This document shows positions 28,979 through 41,077 of a DNA stretch of 64,000 nt, one piece after another; position 1 is the first letter of the stretch; every line of letters begins with the position of its first letter. A program made the translations under genes and the position numbers. The stretch is from Terriglobia bacterium (GTDB lineage Bacteria > Acidobacteriota > Polarisedimenticolia > Polarisedimenticolales > JAIQFR01). The notes beneath the pieces are model-generated. The model saw nothing but the letters and a program-made list of their open reading frames with translations, searched no databases and had not been told where the DNA came from. The stretch lies in the NCBI GenBank assembly GCA_963748015.1, contig CAVVHE010000004.1:1376001-1440000 (forward strand), written 5' to 3'.

Positions 28979-30612
28979 CGGGCCTCGGCCGCCGCGTCCC
29001 GGTCAGGGACGCACACGGCGCCTCCCCGCGGAAGGGACCGCGCCACCTCGGGAGCCTCCGGGAAGAGCCCCGCGATCCCCTTCGGGAACTCGTGCGTCTG
29101 CTCGACCTGCTGCACGATGCGGCTCACTGGCTCGTCCAGGATCTTGAAGAACGGCGCGGGGTAGAGACCGATCCAGAAAGACGCCACCGCGAGGGGGACC
29201 AGGGTCATGACCTCGCGGAAGTTCAGGTCGACCAGCTTGAGGTTCTCCGGGTTCTCGATCTTGCCGAACATCGTGCGCTGGTAGAGCCAGAGCATGTAGG
29301 CGGCCCCGAGCACGATACCGGTGGCGCCGAGCACCGCCCAGTACTTCGGCGCGAGCCGGAACACCCCGAGGAGAATCGTGAACTCGCCGACGAAACCGTT
29401 ACCGGGGATCGCCGGCATGCCGATGGACGAGAGGGTCATCAGCATGAAGAACACGGCGAAGACCGGCATGACCTTCGAGACGCCGCCGTAGTCGGCGATC
29501 ATCCTCGTGTGCCGGCGCTCGTACACCAGGCCGACGATGAGGAACAGCGCCCCCGTGGACAGGCCGTGGTTCAGCATCTGGAGCACGCCCCCCGTGATCC
29601 CCTGGAAGTTCAGGGCGAACACGCCGAGCATGCAGAAGCCGAGGTGGCTCACCGACGAGTACGCGACCAGCTTCTTCCAGTCCTTCTGGACCATCGCGAC
29701 CATGGCGCCGTAGATGATGCCGATCACGCACAGGCCGAGCGCCCACGGCAGGAAGTAGCGCGTGGCGTCGGGGAGGATCGGCAGGCTGAACCGCACGAAC
29801 CCGTAGGTCCCCATCTTCAGGAGGACGCCGGCGAGGATCACCGACCCGGCGGTCGGAGCCTCGACGTGGGCGTCGGGGAGCCAGGTATGGAACGGGAACA
29901 TCGGGACCTTGATCGCGAAGCCCACGAAGAACGCCAGCCAGACCCAGTACTGCAGGTCGAACCAGTCCTTCCACGCGCCCATGGCCTGGAGGATGCGGAC
30001 GTCGAACGTGTACACCCCGGTCATGCTGCCGTGGTAGAAGTAGAGCGCGAGGATGCCGAGGAGCATCAGGACGGAGCCGAGCAGCGTGTAGAGGAAGAAC
30101 TTGATCGCTGCGTAGAGCTTGCGCGGGCCGCCCCAGATCCCGATCAGGAAGTACATCGGGACCAGCATGACCTCCCAGAATACGTAGAACAGGAAGAAGT
30201 CGAGGCTGACGAAGACGCCGATCATCCCGGTCTGGAGGAGGAGCATGAAGACGTAGTACTCCTTCACCCGATCCTTGATGGCCGTCCAGGACGACAGGAT
30301 CGCGATGAAGCCGAGGAGGGTGGTGAGCAGGATCAGCAGCATCGAGATGCCGTCGACGCCCACGACGTACTTCGCACCGATGGATTCGATCCACCTAGCC
30401 TCCTGGGAGAACCGGAAGCCAAAGGCGTCTTTCGGCGCCGAGTCCCAGGCGAACCACAGGGGCAGGCTCACGAGGAACCCGAGACCCGCCACGGCCGTCG
30501 CGAACTTCGCGATCAGGTCCTTCTTCTCCTTGTCGAAGAAGAGGATCAAGATCGCCCCCGCGAGCGGCAGGTAGGTGATGACGTTCAGGAGCTGATTGCC
30601 GAAAGGATTCAT
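28975..30612 (-). CDS. nuoM: NADH-quinone oxidoreductase subunit M
   Basis: FWEVML, HTWLPDAHVEAPT, LLKMGTYG. Confidence 0.96.
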   Translation of the reverse strand: MNPFGNQLLNVITYLPLAGAILILFFDKEKKDLIAKFATAVAGLGFLVSLPLWFAWDSAPKDAFGFRFSQEARWIESIGAKYVVGVDGISMLLILLTTLLGFIAILSSWTAIKDRVKEYYVFMLLLQTGMIGVFVSLDFFLFYVFWEVMLVPMYFLIGIWGGPRKLYAAIKFFLYTLLGSVLMLLGILALYFYHGSMTGVYTFDVRILQAMGAWKDWFDLQYWVWLAFFVGFAIKVPMFPFHTWLPDAHVEAPTAGSVILAGVLLKMGTYGFVRFSLPILPDATRYFLPWALGLCVIGIIYGAMVAMVQKDWKKLVAYSSVSHLGFCMLGVFALNFQGITGGVLQMLNHGLSTGALFLIVGLVYERRHTRMIADYGGVSKVMPVFAVFFMLMTLSSIGMPAIPGNGFVGEFTILLGVFRLAPKYWAVLGATGIVLGAAYMLWLYQRTMFGKIENPENLKLVDLNFREVMTLVPLAVASFWIGLYPAPFFKILDEPVSRIVQQVEQTHEFPKGIAGLFPEAPEVARSLPRGGAVCVPDRDAAAEAR

Positions 30613-30637
30613 CGCCCGTGACTCCTCTGCGTGGTCG

Positions 30638-32692
<2,055 letters not shown>

Positions 32693-32699
32693 GGGCGCC

Positions 32700-33002
32700 C
32701 TACCACTTGAGGAGGTGGATTTCGTCGACGTTGAGGCTCGCCCGGTTCCGGAACAGGGCGATGAGGATCGCGAGGCCGACCGCCGCTTCGCCGGCCGCCA
32801 CCGCGATGACGAACATCGCGAAGACCTGGCCGGCGACGTCGGGACGGGCCCAGGCGAAGGCGACGAGGTTCAGGTTCGCGGCGTTGAGCATCAGCTCGAT
32901 GCTCATCAGGATCAGGATGGCGTTCCGCCGGAGCAGCACGCCCATGACGCCGACGGAGAACATCGCCAGGCTGAGGAGCATCACGTGGTGGGGCGCGAGC
33001 AT
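32700..33002 (-). CDS. nuoK: NADH-quinone oxidoreductase subunit K
   Basis: [20 protein letters not shown]. Confidence 0.96.
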   Translation of the reverse strand: MLAPHHVMLLSLAMFSVGVMGVLLRRNAILILMSIELMLNAANLNLVAFAWARPDVAGQVFAMFVIAVAAGEAAVGLAILIALFRNRASLNVDEIHLLKW

Positions 33003-33018
33003 CGTCCTTCCTCCGGGT

Positions 33019-33528
33019 TCAGGCCTTGGGGCGGGCCAGGACGATCGCCCCCACCATCGCGACGAGAAGCAGGATCGAGACCGCCTCGAACGGAAGGAGG
33101 TAGTAGCGAAACATCGCCACCGCCACGGTCTCGAGGTTTCCGCCGTCGCCGGCCAGGGCCGCGGCGTCGTTGGCCCGGGCCGGTCCTCCGGCGAGGAAGT
33201 ACCAGGCCAGGAGGCCGGCCACGAGAGCGGTCATCAGGGCCGACGAGGCGACGTGCACCCGGCGAGGCGCGAGCTTCGCTCCCGTTCCGGGCCTATCGAC
33301 GAGCAGGATGACGAACAGGAACAGCACCATGATGCCGCCGGCGTAGACCAGCACCTGTACCGCGCCGAGGAACTCCGCGCGCAGCACGACGTAGATCGCC
33401 GCCACCGCGAAGAAGGTCACGATCAGGTAGAGCGCGGCGTGGACGGGGTTCCGCCGCGTGACCACCATCACGGCGGACGCCAGGGCCACGAGGGCCAGCA
33501 CCAGGAAGATCAGAAACTGTCCGTCCAT
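33019..33528 (-). CDS. nuoJ: NADH-quinone oxidoreductase subunit J
   Basis: [19 protein letters not shown]. Confidence 0.95.
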   Translation of the reverse strand: MDGQFLIFLVLALVALASAVMVVTRRNPVHAALYLIVTFFAVAAIYVVLRAEFLGAVQVLVYAGGIMVLFLFVILLVDRPGTGAKLAPRRVHVASSALMTALVAGLLAWYFLAGGPARANDAAALAGDGGNLETVAVAMFRYYLLPFEAVSILLLVAMVGAIVLARPKA

Positions 33529-33538
33529 CGGCGGGCTC

Positions 33539-34021
33539 CTACTTCTTGTACTCCTCGCGGTCGTGTCCCTCGTACAGGCTCCCCATCTCCGACATGAACT
33601 CGTACCGGCGGTACTTCGCCATCTCGTAGTCGTGGGACATGTAGATCGCGGTGATCGGCTTGGTCGGGCAGGGGTCGACGCACAGGCCGCACAGGCAACA
33701 CTTCTCGTAGTCGATGTAGAAGCTCTTGGCCTGCTTCCCCTTCCCGCCCTTCCGCTCCTCGGGGATCACCGTGATGCAGCGGTCGGGGCAGGCCAGCGCG
33801 CACTGGTTGCAACCCACGCAGAGCTGCCCGTCCACGTCGGGATGGTCGCGGAGGCGCGGGACGCCGCGGAAGCGAGGCCGGAGCTCCGGGCGCTCCTTGG
33901 GGTACTGCTGCGTGACCTTCGGCCTGAACTGGTGCTTCAGGGTGACCCAGAGGCCCGCGCACAGCTCCAGGAGGAGCAGCTTTCGCAAGACGCTGTCCTT
34001 CGGACGCACGATCTTGGACAT
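33539..34021 (-). CDS. nuoI: NADH-quinone oxidoreductase subunit I
   Basis: Two CxxCxxCxxxCP motifs, RFRG. Confidence 0.95.
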   Translation of the reverse strand: MSKIVRPKDSVLRKLLLLELCAGLWVTLKHQFRPKVTQQYPKERPELRPRFRGVPRLRDHPDVDGQLCVGCNQCALACPDRCITVIPEERKGGKGKQAKSFYIDYEKCCLCGLCVDPCPTKPITAIYMSHDYEMAKYRRYEFMSEMGSLYEGHDREEYKK

Positions 34022-34070
34022 CGCCTTCCACCTCGAACGGTCCCGGCGAGCCGGGCCCGAACGCCGCGCC

Positions 34071-35171
34071 CTAGCCGCGGCGGAGAAGCATCACGAGCCC
34101 CGTGACCATCACGTGCACGAGGCCGAGCGGGATCAGCCATTTCCACCCCAGCCGCATGAGCTGGTCGTAGCGATATCGCGGGAAAGTGGCCCGCATCCAG
34201 AGATAGACGAACAGGACCACGAACACCTTGAGCGCGAACCAGAAGAAACCGGTCAGCATCGCGCCCGCGCTCCCCCAGAACGGGAGGAAGTTGGACAGGG
34301 CGCCCGGCAGCGACGGGAAGAAGTGGCCGAGGCCGAACGTCACCGGGAGCCACCCGCCGAAGAAGAGCACGGCGACGATGCACCCGACCAGGATCATGTT
34401 CATGTACTCGGCGAGGAAGAAGAACGCGAACTTCATCCCCGAGTACTCGGTGTGGAACCCGGCCACCAGCTCGTTCTCGGCCTCGGGCAGGTCGAACGGG
34501 GTGCGGTTCGTCTCGGCCACCCCGGAGACGAAGTAGAGGAAGAGCCCCACGATCTGCGGGTACGGGAGCCAGAAGGCGAACCAGTACCCCGCGGCCGCCT
34601 GGGCTCGAACGATCCCGACCATCGAGGCGGTCCCGGCGAGCATCAGCACCGAAACCACCGACAGTCCGAGGGGGACCTCGTACGAGATCATCTGAGCGGC
34701 CGACCGGAGGGCGCCGAGCATCGAGTACTTGGAGTTCGAAGCCCAACCGGCCATCACGATCCCGTAGACGCCCAGGCTCGAGATCGCGAGGAGGAAGAGC
34801 AGGCCGACGTTGACGTCGGTGACCCACGGCGTGATTTCCACCCCGGCGACCCGGATGGGCTGGCCGGAGAACGGAATGACCGCGAAGGCCGCCATCGCCG
34901 GGAGGAGGAGGATCACCGGCGCCAGGAAGAACACCAGCCGGTCCACGTGGCGCGGTGTCAAGTCCTCCTTGACGAAGAGCTTGAGCACGTCGGCGATCGG
35001 CTGCATCAGGCCGTGCCAGCCCACCCGCATCGGCCCGAGCCTCACCTGCATCCAGGCGTTGACCTTCCGCTCGAGGAGCACGAGGTACATCACCGTGACC
35101 AGGACGAGCGCGATCACCACCGCGATCTGCACGACCGGGATCAGCACGAACCGGAGAAAGGTCGGGTTCAT
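34071..35171 (-). CDS. nuoH: NADH-quinone oxidoreductase subunit H
   Basis: LERK, RLGP, AETNRTPFDLPEAE, RYRYDQ. Confidence 0.96.
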   Translation of the reverse strand: MNPTFLRFVLIPVVQIAVVIALVLVTVMYLVLLERKVNAWMQVRLGPMRVGWHGLMQPIADVLKLFVKEDLTPRHVDRLVFFLAPVILLLPAMAAFAVIPFSGQPIRVAGVEITPWVTDVNVGLLFLLAISSLGVYGIVMAGWASNSKYSMLGALRSAAQMISYEVPLGLSVVSVLMLAGTASMVGIVRAQAAAGYWFAFWLPYPQIVGLFLYFVSGVAETNRTPFDLPEAENELVAGFHTEYSGMKFAFFFLAEYMNMILVGCIVAVLFFGGWLPVTFGLGHFFPSLPGALSNFLPFWGSAGAMLTGFFWFALKVFVVLFVYLWMRATFPRYRYDQLMRLGWKWLIPLGLVHVMVTGLVMLLRRG

Positions 35172-35172
35172 G

Positions 35173-36270
35173 TCAGCGGTCCACGCATCCGAGCACGACG
35201 TCCAGGGTTCCGATCACCGCCACGACGTCGGCGACCAGGTGCCCGCGGACCATGTCGGGAAGGGCTTGCAGGTTGACGAAATTCGGCGACCGGAAGCGGC
35301 AGCGGTACGCGTTTTCCGAGCCGTCGCTGATCAGGTAGACCCCCAGCTCGCCGCGGGGCCCCTCGTTCACGTGGTACACCTCGCCCTTCGGCGGCTTGAT
35401 CCGGCGCGGGGCCTTGCCCCGGATCTCTCCGGCGGGGAGCTTGTCGAGGGCCTGCAGGACGATCCTGCGGCTCTGGCGCATCTCCTCCATCCGGCAGAGG
35501 TACCGGTCGTAGGTGTCGCCCCGGTCCCCCACGGGGACGTCGAAGTCGAAGTCGGCGTACGCCTCGTAGGGAATCGCCTTGCGGACGTCGTACGCGACGC
35601 CGGACCCGCGCAGGCACGGCCCGGTCATCCCGTAGTCGAGGGCCGCCGGCCCGTCGATCACGCCGACCTCCCGCGTCCGGCCCAGCCAGATTCGGTTCGC
35701 GGTCAGCAGCTTGTGGTACTCGTCGAGCCGCGGGGGGAACACCTCGAGGAAACGGCGGGTCTCCTCGACCCAGCCCTCCGGAAAGTCCTCGAGCATCCCG
35801 CCCACCCGGACCGCGTTGTACGTGAGCCTCGCGCCGCAGTACGACTCGAACAGGTCGAGGACCTGCTCCCGCTCCCGCATGCCGTAGACGAAGACGGTCA
35901 GCGCCCCGATGTCCATGGCGTGGGTGCCGAGCCAGATCAGGTGGCTCGCGATCCGCTGCAGCTCCGCCAGGATCACGCGCATGTACTGGGCGCGGGGCGG
36001 AACCTCGACGCCGAGGAGGCGCTCGACCGCCTCGATGTACACCAGGTTCTCGGAGAACGCCGCGATGTAGTCCATCCGGTCGGTGTACACGACGGCCTGG
36101 GGGTACGTGCGGTCCTCGCCGAGCTTCTCGCAGCCGCGGTGGAGGTACCCGATGTAGGGACGGGTGTCGACGACGCGCTCGCCGTCGAGCTTGAGCAGGA
36201 GCCTCAGCACCCCGTGGGTCGAGGGGTGCTGCGGCCCCATGTTGATTTCCATCTCCGTCGTGCCGAACAT
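35173..36270 (-). CDS. nuoD: NADH-quinone oxidoreductase subunit D
   Basis: MGPQHPSTHGVLRL, GYLHRG, DRMDY, EGPRGE. Confidence 0.96.
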   Translation of the reverse strand: MFGTTEMEINMGPQHPSTHGVLRLLLKLDGERVVDTRPYIGYLHRGCEKLGEDRTYPQAVVYTDRMDYIAAFSENLVYIEAVERLLGVEVPPRAQYMRVILAELQRIASHLIWLGTHAMDIGALTVFVYGMREREQVLDLFESYCGARLTYNAVRVGGMLEDFPEGWVEETRRFLEVFPPRLDEYHKLLTANRIWLGRTREVGVIDGPAALDYGMTGPCLRGSGVAYDVRKAIPYEAYADFDFDVPVGDRGDTYDRYLCRMEEMRQSRRIVLQALDKLPAGEIRGKAPRRIKPPKGEVYHVNEGPRGELGVYLISDGSENAYRCRFRSPNFVNLQALPDMVRGHLVADVVAVIGTLDVVLGCVDR

Positions 36271-36296
36271 CGCGTCGAGGCCTCCGAGCGCCTGGC

Positions 36297-36932
36297 TCAG
36301 TCCTTGTAGGTGTTTCGCCGGTCGTCCTCGGGACGCCGCCAGTAACCGTGGTCCTGCTCGCGCCCCTCGAGCGGGAAGTCCTTTCGAAGCGGGAACGCGT
36401 CGAACTCCTCGGGCATGAGGATTCGCCGGAGATCGGGGTGGCCCGCGAAGCGGATCCCGAACATGTCGAACGCCTCCCGTTCGTGCCAGTTCGCGCCCCG
36501 CCAAACCCCCGACACCGTCGGGACCTCGCCCCCGTCCTCCACACCGGTCTTGACCGCGATGCGCTCGCCGGTCTCCGGGTTGGTCAGGTGGTAGGCGACG
36601 TCGAAGCGGGGTGCCGCGCGGAGCCGGATCATGTCCACGCCGCAGAGGTCGGCGAGCAGGAGCATGCCGCAGTCACGGTCTTCTTTGAGGAACCGGCAGA
36701 CCTCCGCGATCCGCTCCTTGGGCACCCTGACGATCGGTACGCCGCAGTAATACGAAGCGTCCTCGATGGCGTCGGCCATGACCGCCTTGAGGCGGTCGAG
36801 GGACCGGGAGGGCACCGCGGCGTCGAGCTTGGGCGCGCCCTCCCCTTCCGCTTTTTTCGGGGCCGCCGGCTTGGCATCGCTTCCCGCCGGCGGGGGCACC
36901 GGAGCGCCGGCGCCCGGTTTCTGCTCGTCCAT
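36297..36932 (-). CDS. nuoC: NADH-quinone oxidoreductase subunit C
   Basis: ANWHEREAFDMFG, GHPDLRRIL, PLRKDFP. Confidence 0.95.
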   Translation of the reverse strand: MDEQKPGAGAPVPPPAGSDAKPAAPKKAEGEGAPKLDAAVPSRSLDRLKAVMADAIEDASYYCGVPIVRVPKERIAEVCRFLKEDRDCGMLLLADLCGVDMIRLRAAPRFDVAYHLTNPETGERIAVKTGVEDGGEVPTVSGVWRGANWHEREAFDMFGIRFAGHPDLRRILMPEEFDAFPLRKDFPLEGREQDHGYWRRPEDDRRNTYKD

Positions 36933-36939
36933 GGGTCCC

Positions 36940-37418
<479 letters not shown>

Positions 37419-37428
<10 letters not shown>

Positions 37429-37778
37429 TCGAGGGCTCCTTTCTTCCACGCGTACGCGTACGCGACGACCAGGATGGCGATGAAGACGGCCATCTCGATG
37501 AACCCGAACAGCCCCAGCATCCGGTACCGCACCGCCCAGGGGAAGAGGAAGACGGTCTCGACGTCGAAGATCAGGAACAGGACGGCGATGACGTAGTACT
37601 GGACGGAATACCGCCCCCAGACCTCGTCGTTGCTCTCGAGGCCGCACTCGTAACGCTCCCCCTTGACCGGCTCGGGGCGGCTGGGCCGGACGAGCCACGC
37701 CATCGCGAAGGTGGCGAGGGGGAAGACGATGGCGATGAGGATGAACAGGAGGATCGGAACGTAGGGAAGAGAAGACAT
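37419..37778 (-). CDS. nuoA: NADH-quinone oxidoreductase subunit A
   Basis: YECG, FDVE, KKGALEW. Confidence 0.96.
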
Positions 37779-37938
37779 CAGGCGTTCCTCCTGACGGATC
37801 CGAGCCCGGTCCTGCGAAAAGGCGGTGACGTTACCATAGGGGTATACGGGGGTCAAGAAATCGATAGAAACGATCGCGATTCCACGCCGGAGAGCTCGCT
37901 TTTCGCGGCGCGACGAACTCGAGGGCGTGGTCGGGGAA

Positions 37939-38577
37939 CTACGCGATGGCGCGAAGGTCGAGGCGGACGATCGCGTCCCAGACGCGGTTCGCGTACTCGA
38001 GGGGGACCGATTCGCCCTGCCCCTTGAAGAGCTGCACCCGCCCGGGGCCGTCGTGGAAGGCCGCGAGCGCGGCGTCGATGTCCCCGAACCGGTGGAGGAG
38101 GCGGCTGAGGTAGAAGCTCCCGAGCAGGACGTTGACGTCCGGATCGAGCAGCAGGTCGTCCGAGCGCCAGGCGATGCCGAGATCCTCGGCAAGCTCCCGG
38201 GCGGTATCGGCTCGGAGCTGCATCAGCCCCATGGCCCCCCGGGGGGAGACCGCCAGGGGATCGAATTCGCTTTCGATCGCGATGATCCCGAGGACCGTGA
38301 GGGGGTCGATGCCGAACCGTTTGGAGTTGCGGTCCACCGTCCTGAGGAGGGCCTCGAGGTCCCCGCCCCGGATCGGGAGGTGCATTCTCTCGAGGGTCAG
38401 CCGCACTCTCCCCGCCCAGTCGTCCGGCTCGGAGGCCACGACCGGCGCACCGACGGGCGCAAGAGCCACGTCGGTCCTCTCCTCGGCCGGCACCTCGTGA
38501 CGCACCAGTGCCACGGCCAGGAGCACCATCGCGCCCAGGGCAAGGAAGCCGGCGAGAACGGGGGTTCGCAGTCGCAT
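37939..38577 (-). CDS. Lytic transglycosylase (SLT domain)
   Basis: IESEF, SPRGAMGLMQL, ALAAFHDGPG; N-terminal TM. Confidence 0.9.
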   Translation of the reverse strand: MRLRTPVLAGFLALGAMVLLAVALVRHEVPAEERTDVALAPVGAPVVASEPDDWAGRVRLTLERMHLPIRGGDLEALLRTVDRNSKRFGIDPLTVLGIIAIESEFDPLAVSPRGAMGLMQLRADTARELAEDLGIAWRSDDLLLDPDVNVLLGSFYLSRLLHRFGDIDAALAAFHDGPGRVQLFKGQGESVPLEYANRVWDAIVRLDLRAIA

Positions 38578-38641
38578 GACTCCCTGAGGGTACGGGGGGA
38601 CCCCCGAACTGTCAACTCTGGCCGAACTCGGATTCTTATAA

Positions 38642-40027
38642 TTACTTACTTTTGGTCGGCTTTCGCCTAGCGGTGGGCGTGCTTTTGGCTGGCGGCGGCG
38701 AGGCGAGGGCATCCGTCGCCGCGCTCGCAATCCGCAGGGTGACCTCCTGTCCGGTCCTGGCGAGGCGGAAGACCCGTTGCCCGCCCAGCATTTTCCGTTC
38801 GCCCGGCCGCTCGGGGGTCAGGGCGGCTCCGGGGAACCTCGCGGAGAGGCTTCGCTCGAGGCCGTACTCGAAGTCCGCGGCCTCCTCCTCGGAGATCCAC
38901 CGGGTGACCCAGACGGTCTGGCCGTCGCCGCCGGCCAAGGCAGCTTCGGGCTCGAAGCGGAACAGGGCGTCCGCGGCCCACCCATCGCCGGCCATCATCC
39001 CGAGGTTGTCCTTCCCGGTGAGCGACGACACCAGGACCACGATCCCCTGCTCGCCGAGGGAGTCACGGTCCACGAGGCTCGACCCCTTGGGTGGCGCGGG
39101 ATCGGGAATCGTCGAGGGAACGAGGGGGGTCCGGTTCGGGTGGAGCACGTCCCGGGTCGAGCGGCGCCCCGACGACGCCTTGTCGAGAGCCTTCCAGCCT
39201 CCGGCCCGGTACGCGGCGGCGGCCTGGGCGTACCCCTCCCGGTAGACGAAGTCGAGAAGCAGCCCTTCGACCCCGGGAAGGACGTCGAGGGAGGCCGGCA
39301 GGAGCGATCCCCCCAGGAGGTGCCCGGGATCCAGCGCACGCTCGAGCACCTGGCTCTCTATCCCCATCCCCTCGAAGAGCAACAGGGTGGCGACGAGATT
39401 CGCCTCGCCCTCCGCCCAGGCGCACGCGGCGAGCAGCTCGTCGGTCGTCCCTCGCATCGGCTCGGCGCCGGTCCGCCCCCGCTGGAGGGCATGCATCAGC
39501 ATGTGGGCGAGCGCCGGCTCGTCGGGACGCACGCCGGTCGCGAGCAGCAGCGACGACGTCGCGTCGTCGCCTTCCCTTGGGGCGAAGTCGTCCGAGGAGA
39601 GCGCGGACGGATCCACGAGCAGCCGCCGCCCGTCGGGGTCGTAGCCGATCTGCTGGAGGTCTTGGGCGACCGCCTCGACGAGGCGGCGGGGCGACCCCTC
39701 TCCTCCGAGTCCCAGCTCGGCCCACGCCCGGCCCCTCGCCGAGAGGACGGCCGGCGGCTGCGCCAAGCCGACCCGGCGAAGGGCGGCCTCCTTGCGGACG
39801 TCCTCCCCGGCGCGCACCGGCGGCGGCAACCCGGCGAAGCGGAGGCCCCGAATCCGCTCGACGCGCTCGGCCGTCTGGCGGCTCTCGCCGACGAGGTCCA
39901 GGTCCGCCCCCTTCGGCGGGATCGCAGCGGTGTCGACCTCGACGGGGACCGGCGGCCGGGGAGGTGTCCCGCCCTCCGCTCCGCCGAGCGCCAGCGCGGC
40001 GAGAAGCAAGGCAGATTCGGGAATCAC
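38642..40027 (-). CDS. Exported zincin-like protein with degenerate HExxH (HMLMH)
   Basis: VERIRGLRF, GYDP, LAHMLMHALQ, AEGEA, PxSTxxxLHP-like (RRSTRDVLHP), DSLGE, GWAAD. Confidence 0.6.
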   Translation of the reverse strand: MIPESALLLAALALGGAEGGTPPRPPVPVEVDTAAIPPKGADLDLVGESRQTAERVERIRGLRFAGLPPPVRAGEDVRKEAALRRVGLAQPPAVLSARGRAWAELGLGGEGSPRRLVEAVAQDLQQIGYDPDGRRLLVDPSALSSDDFAPREGDDATSSLLLATGVRPDEPALAHMLMHALQRGRTGAEPMRGTTDELLAACAWAEGEANLVATLLLFEGMGIESQVLERALDPGHLLGGSLLPASLDVLPGVEGLLLDFVYREGYAQAAAAYRAGGWKALDKASSGRRSTRDVLHPNRTPLVPSTIPDPAPPKGSSLVDRDSLGEQGIVVLVSSLTGKDNLGMMAGDGWAADALFRFEPEAALAGGDGQTVWVTRWISEEEAADFEYGLERSLSARFPGAALTPERPGERKMLGGQRVFRLARTGQEVTLRIASAATDALASPPPAKSTPTARRKPTKSK

Positions 40028-40464
40028 GGTAGTGGCGGCTCCGACAGGATCACGACCTTGTCCCCCCGTTTCAGGCCTTCGCGCCGCGTCGTGCCGGAGG
40101 CGAACTCGAGCACGTAGCTCGCCGACTCGAGAGGGACGACCTCGGCGCACGGCCCGTCCTCGGGACAAGGCGGCCGCTCGCGGGCGATGTCCACGACGCG
40201 CAGGGCCGCGTCGAGCCAGACGATGTCGAGGGACACCCGGCAGTTCTTCATCCAGAACGCGTGCCGGGCGGGCTGCTCGAAGAGGAACAGCATCCCCTCC
40301 CTCGGGCCGACCTTCTCGCGGCCCATGTACCCTTGCGCGCGGGCGGCGGGGTCGGCGGCGAGCTCGAGCGTGAACTCCGTTCCGCTCGGGAGCACGGCGA
40401 CGGCCCAGCGAGGGGCCACGGCGGCGAGGGCCCAGCAGACGAGGTACGAGGTCAAGGCGCTCAC
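40024..40464 (-). CDS. DUF192-family protein
   Basis: ELA..PAARAQGYM, GMLFLF, FWMKN, YVLE. Confidence 0.88.
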   Translation of the reverse strand: MSALTSYLVCWALAAVAPRWAVAVLPSGTEFTLELAADPAARAQGYMGREKVGPREGMLFLFEQPARHAFWMKNCRVSLDIVWLDAALRVVDIARERPPCPEDGPCAEVVPLESASYVLEFASGTTRREGLKRGDKVVILSEPPLP

Positions 40465-41021
40465 TCCGCGCTCCCCTTCACGAATCTCCCGTCCTCGACC
40501 AGGAGGTCCGCGCTCTCGCCGTCGCCTCCCTCCACACCGTCCGCGCCGCGGCTTCCGAGGAGGTAGCCGCCGCCTGCCTTCGCCCGGTAGTCGAGCGGAC
40601 GTCCCCACGGATCGACCGGCTCCGACGAGAGGTAGTCCGGCACGAGATCCCGCAGCGACGACGGCCAGAGCCCCTTGTCGCGGTGGAAGCGCTCGACGCC
40701 TCTCGCCGTCTGGACGACGAGATCCCCCGCGCGGCGCAGCGGAAACTTGCGCGACGCCTCGAGAAGCCCCCGGTACAGGACGAGGTCCGCCTGCGCCCGC
40801 TCGGCCGCGCGCGACTCGGGATACTCGCTGAGAACGCGCTCGTACCGCTCGATCGCGGCCGGCAGGTCTCCGCGCTCGACCTTCTTGCCGGCCTCGGCGT
40901 AGAGCCGTTCCGCGCGCTGGTCGCCGCAGCCGGCGCTGCCCGCGGCGAGCAGGAGCCCGGCGACCAGCACGATCGCCGCGCGGCGTCCGCGGGCGTTGAC
41001 ACCGGAAAACCCCCGACTCAT
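40461..41021 (-). CDS. Lipoprotein with TPR and GspG-like C-terminal domain
   Basis: Lipobox SAGC; TPR (YERVLSEYPES); DPWGRPLDY...SRGADGVEGG. Confidence 0.72.
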   Translation of the reverse strand: MSRGFSGVNARGRRAAIVLVAGLLLAAGSAGCGDQRAERLYAEAGKKVERGDLPAAIERYERVLSEYPESRAAERAQADLVLYRGLLEASRKFPLRRAGDLVVQTARGVERFHRDKGLWPSSLRDLVPDYLSSEPVDPWGRPLDYRAKAGGGYLLGSRGADGVEGGDGESADLLVEDGRFVKGSAE

Positions 41022-41077
41022 AATCCGCCCTCTCACCGGCGCTTCGGGTCGCATTGCAGGTGGCGGGTCCACTCTAG

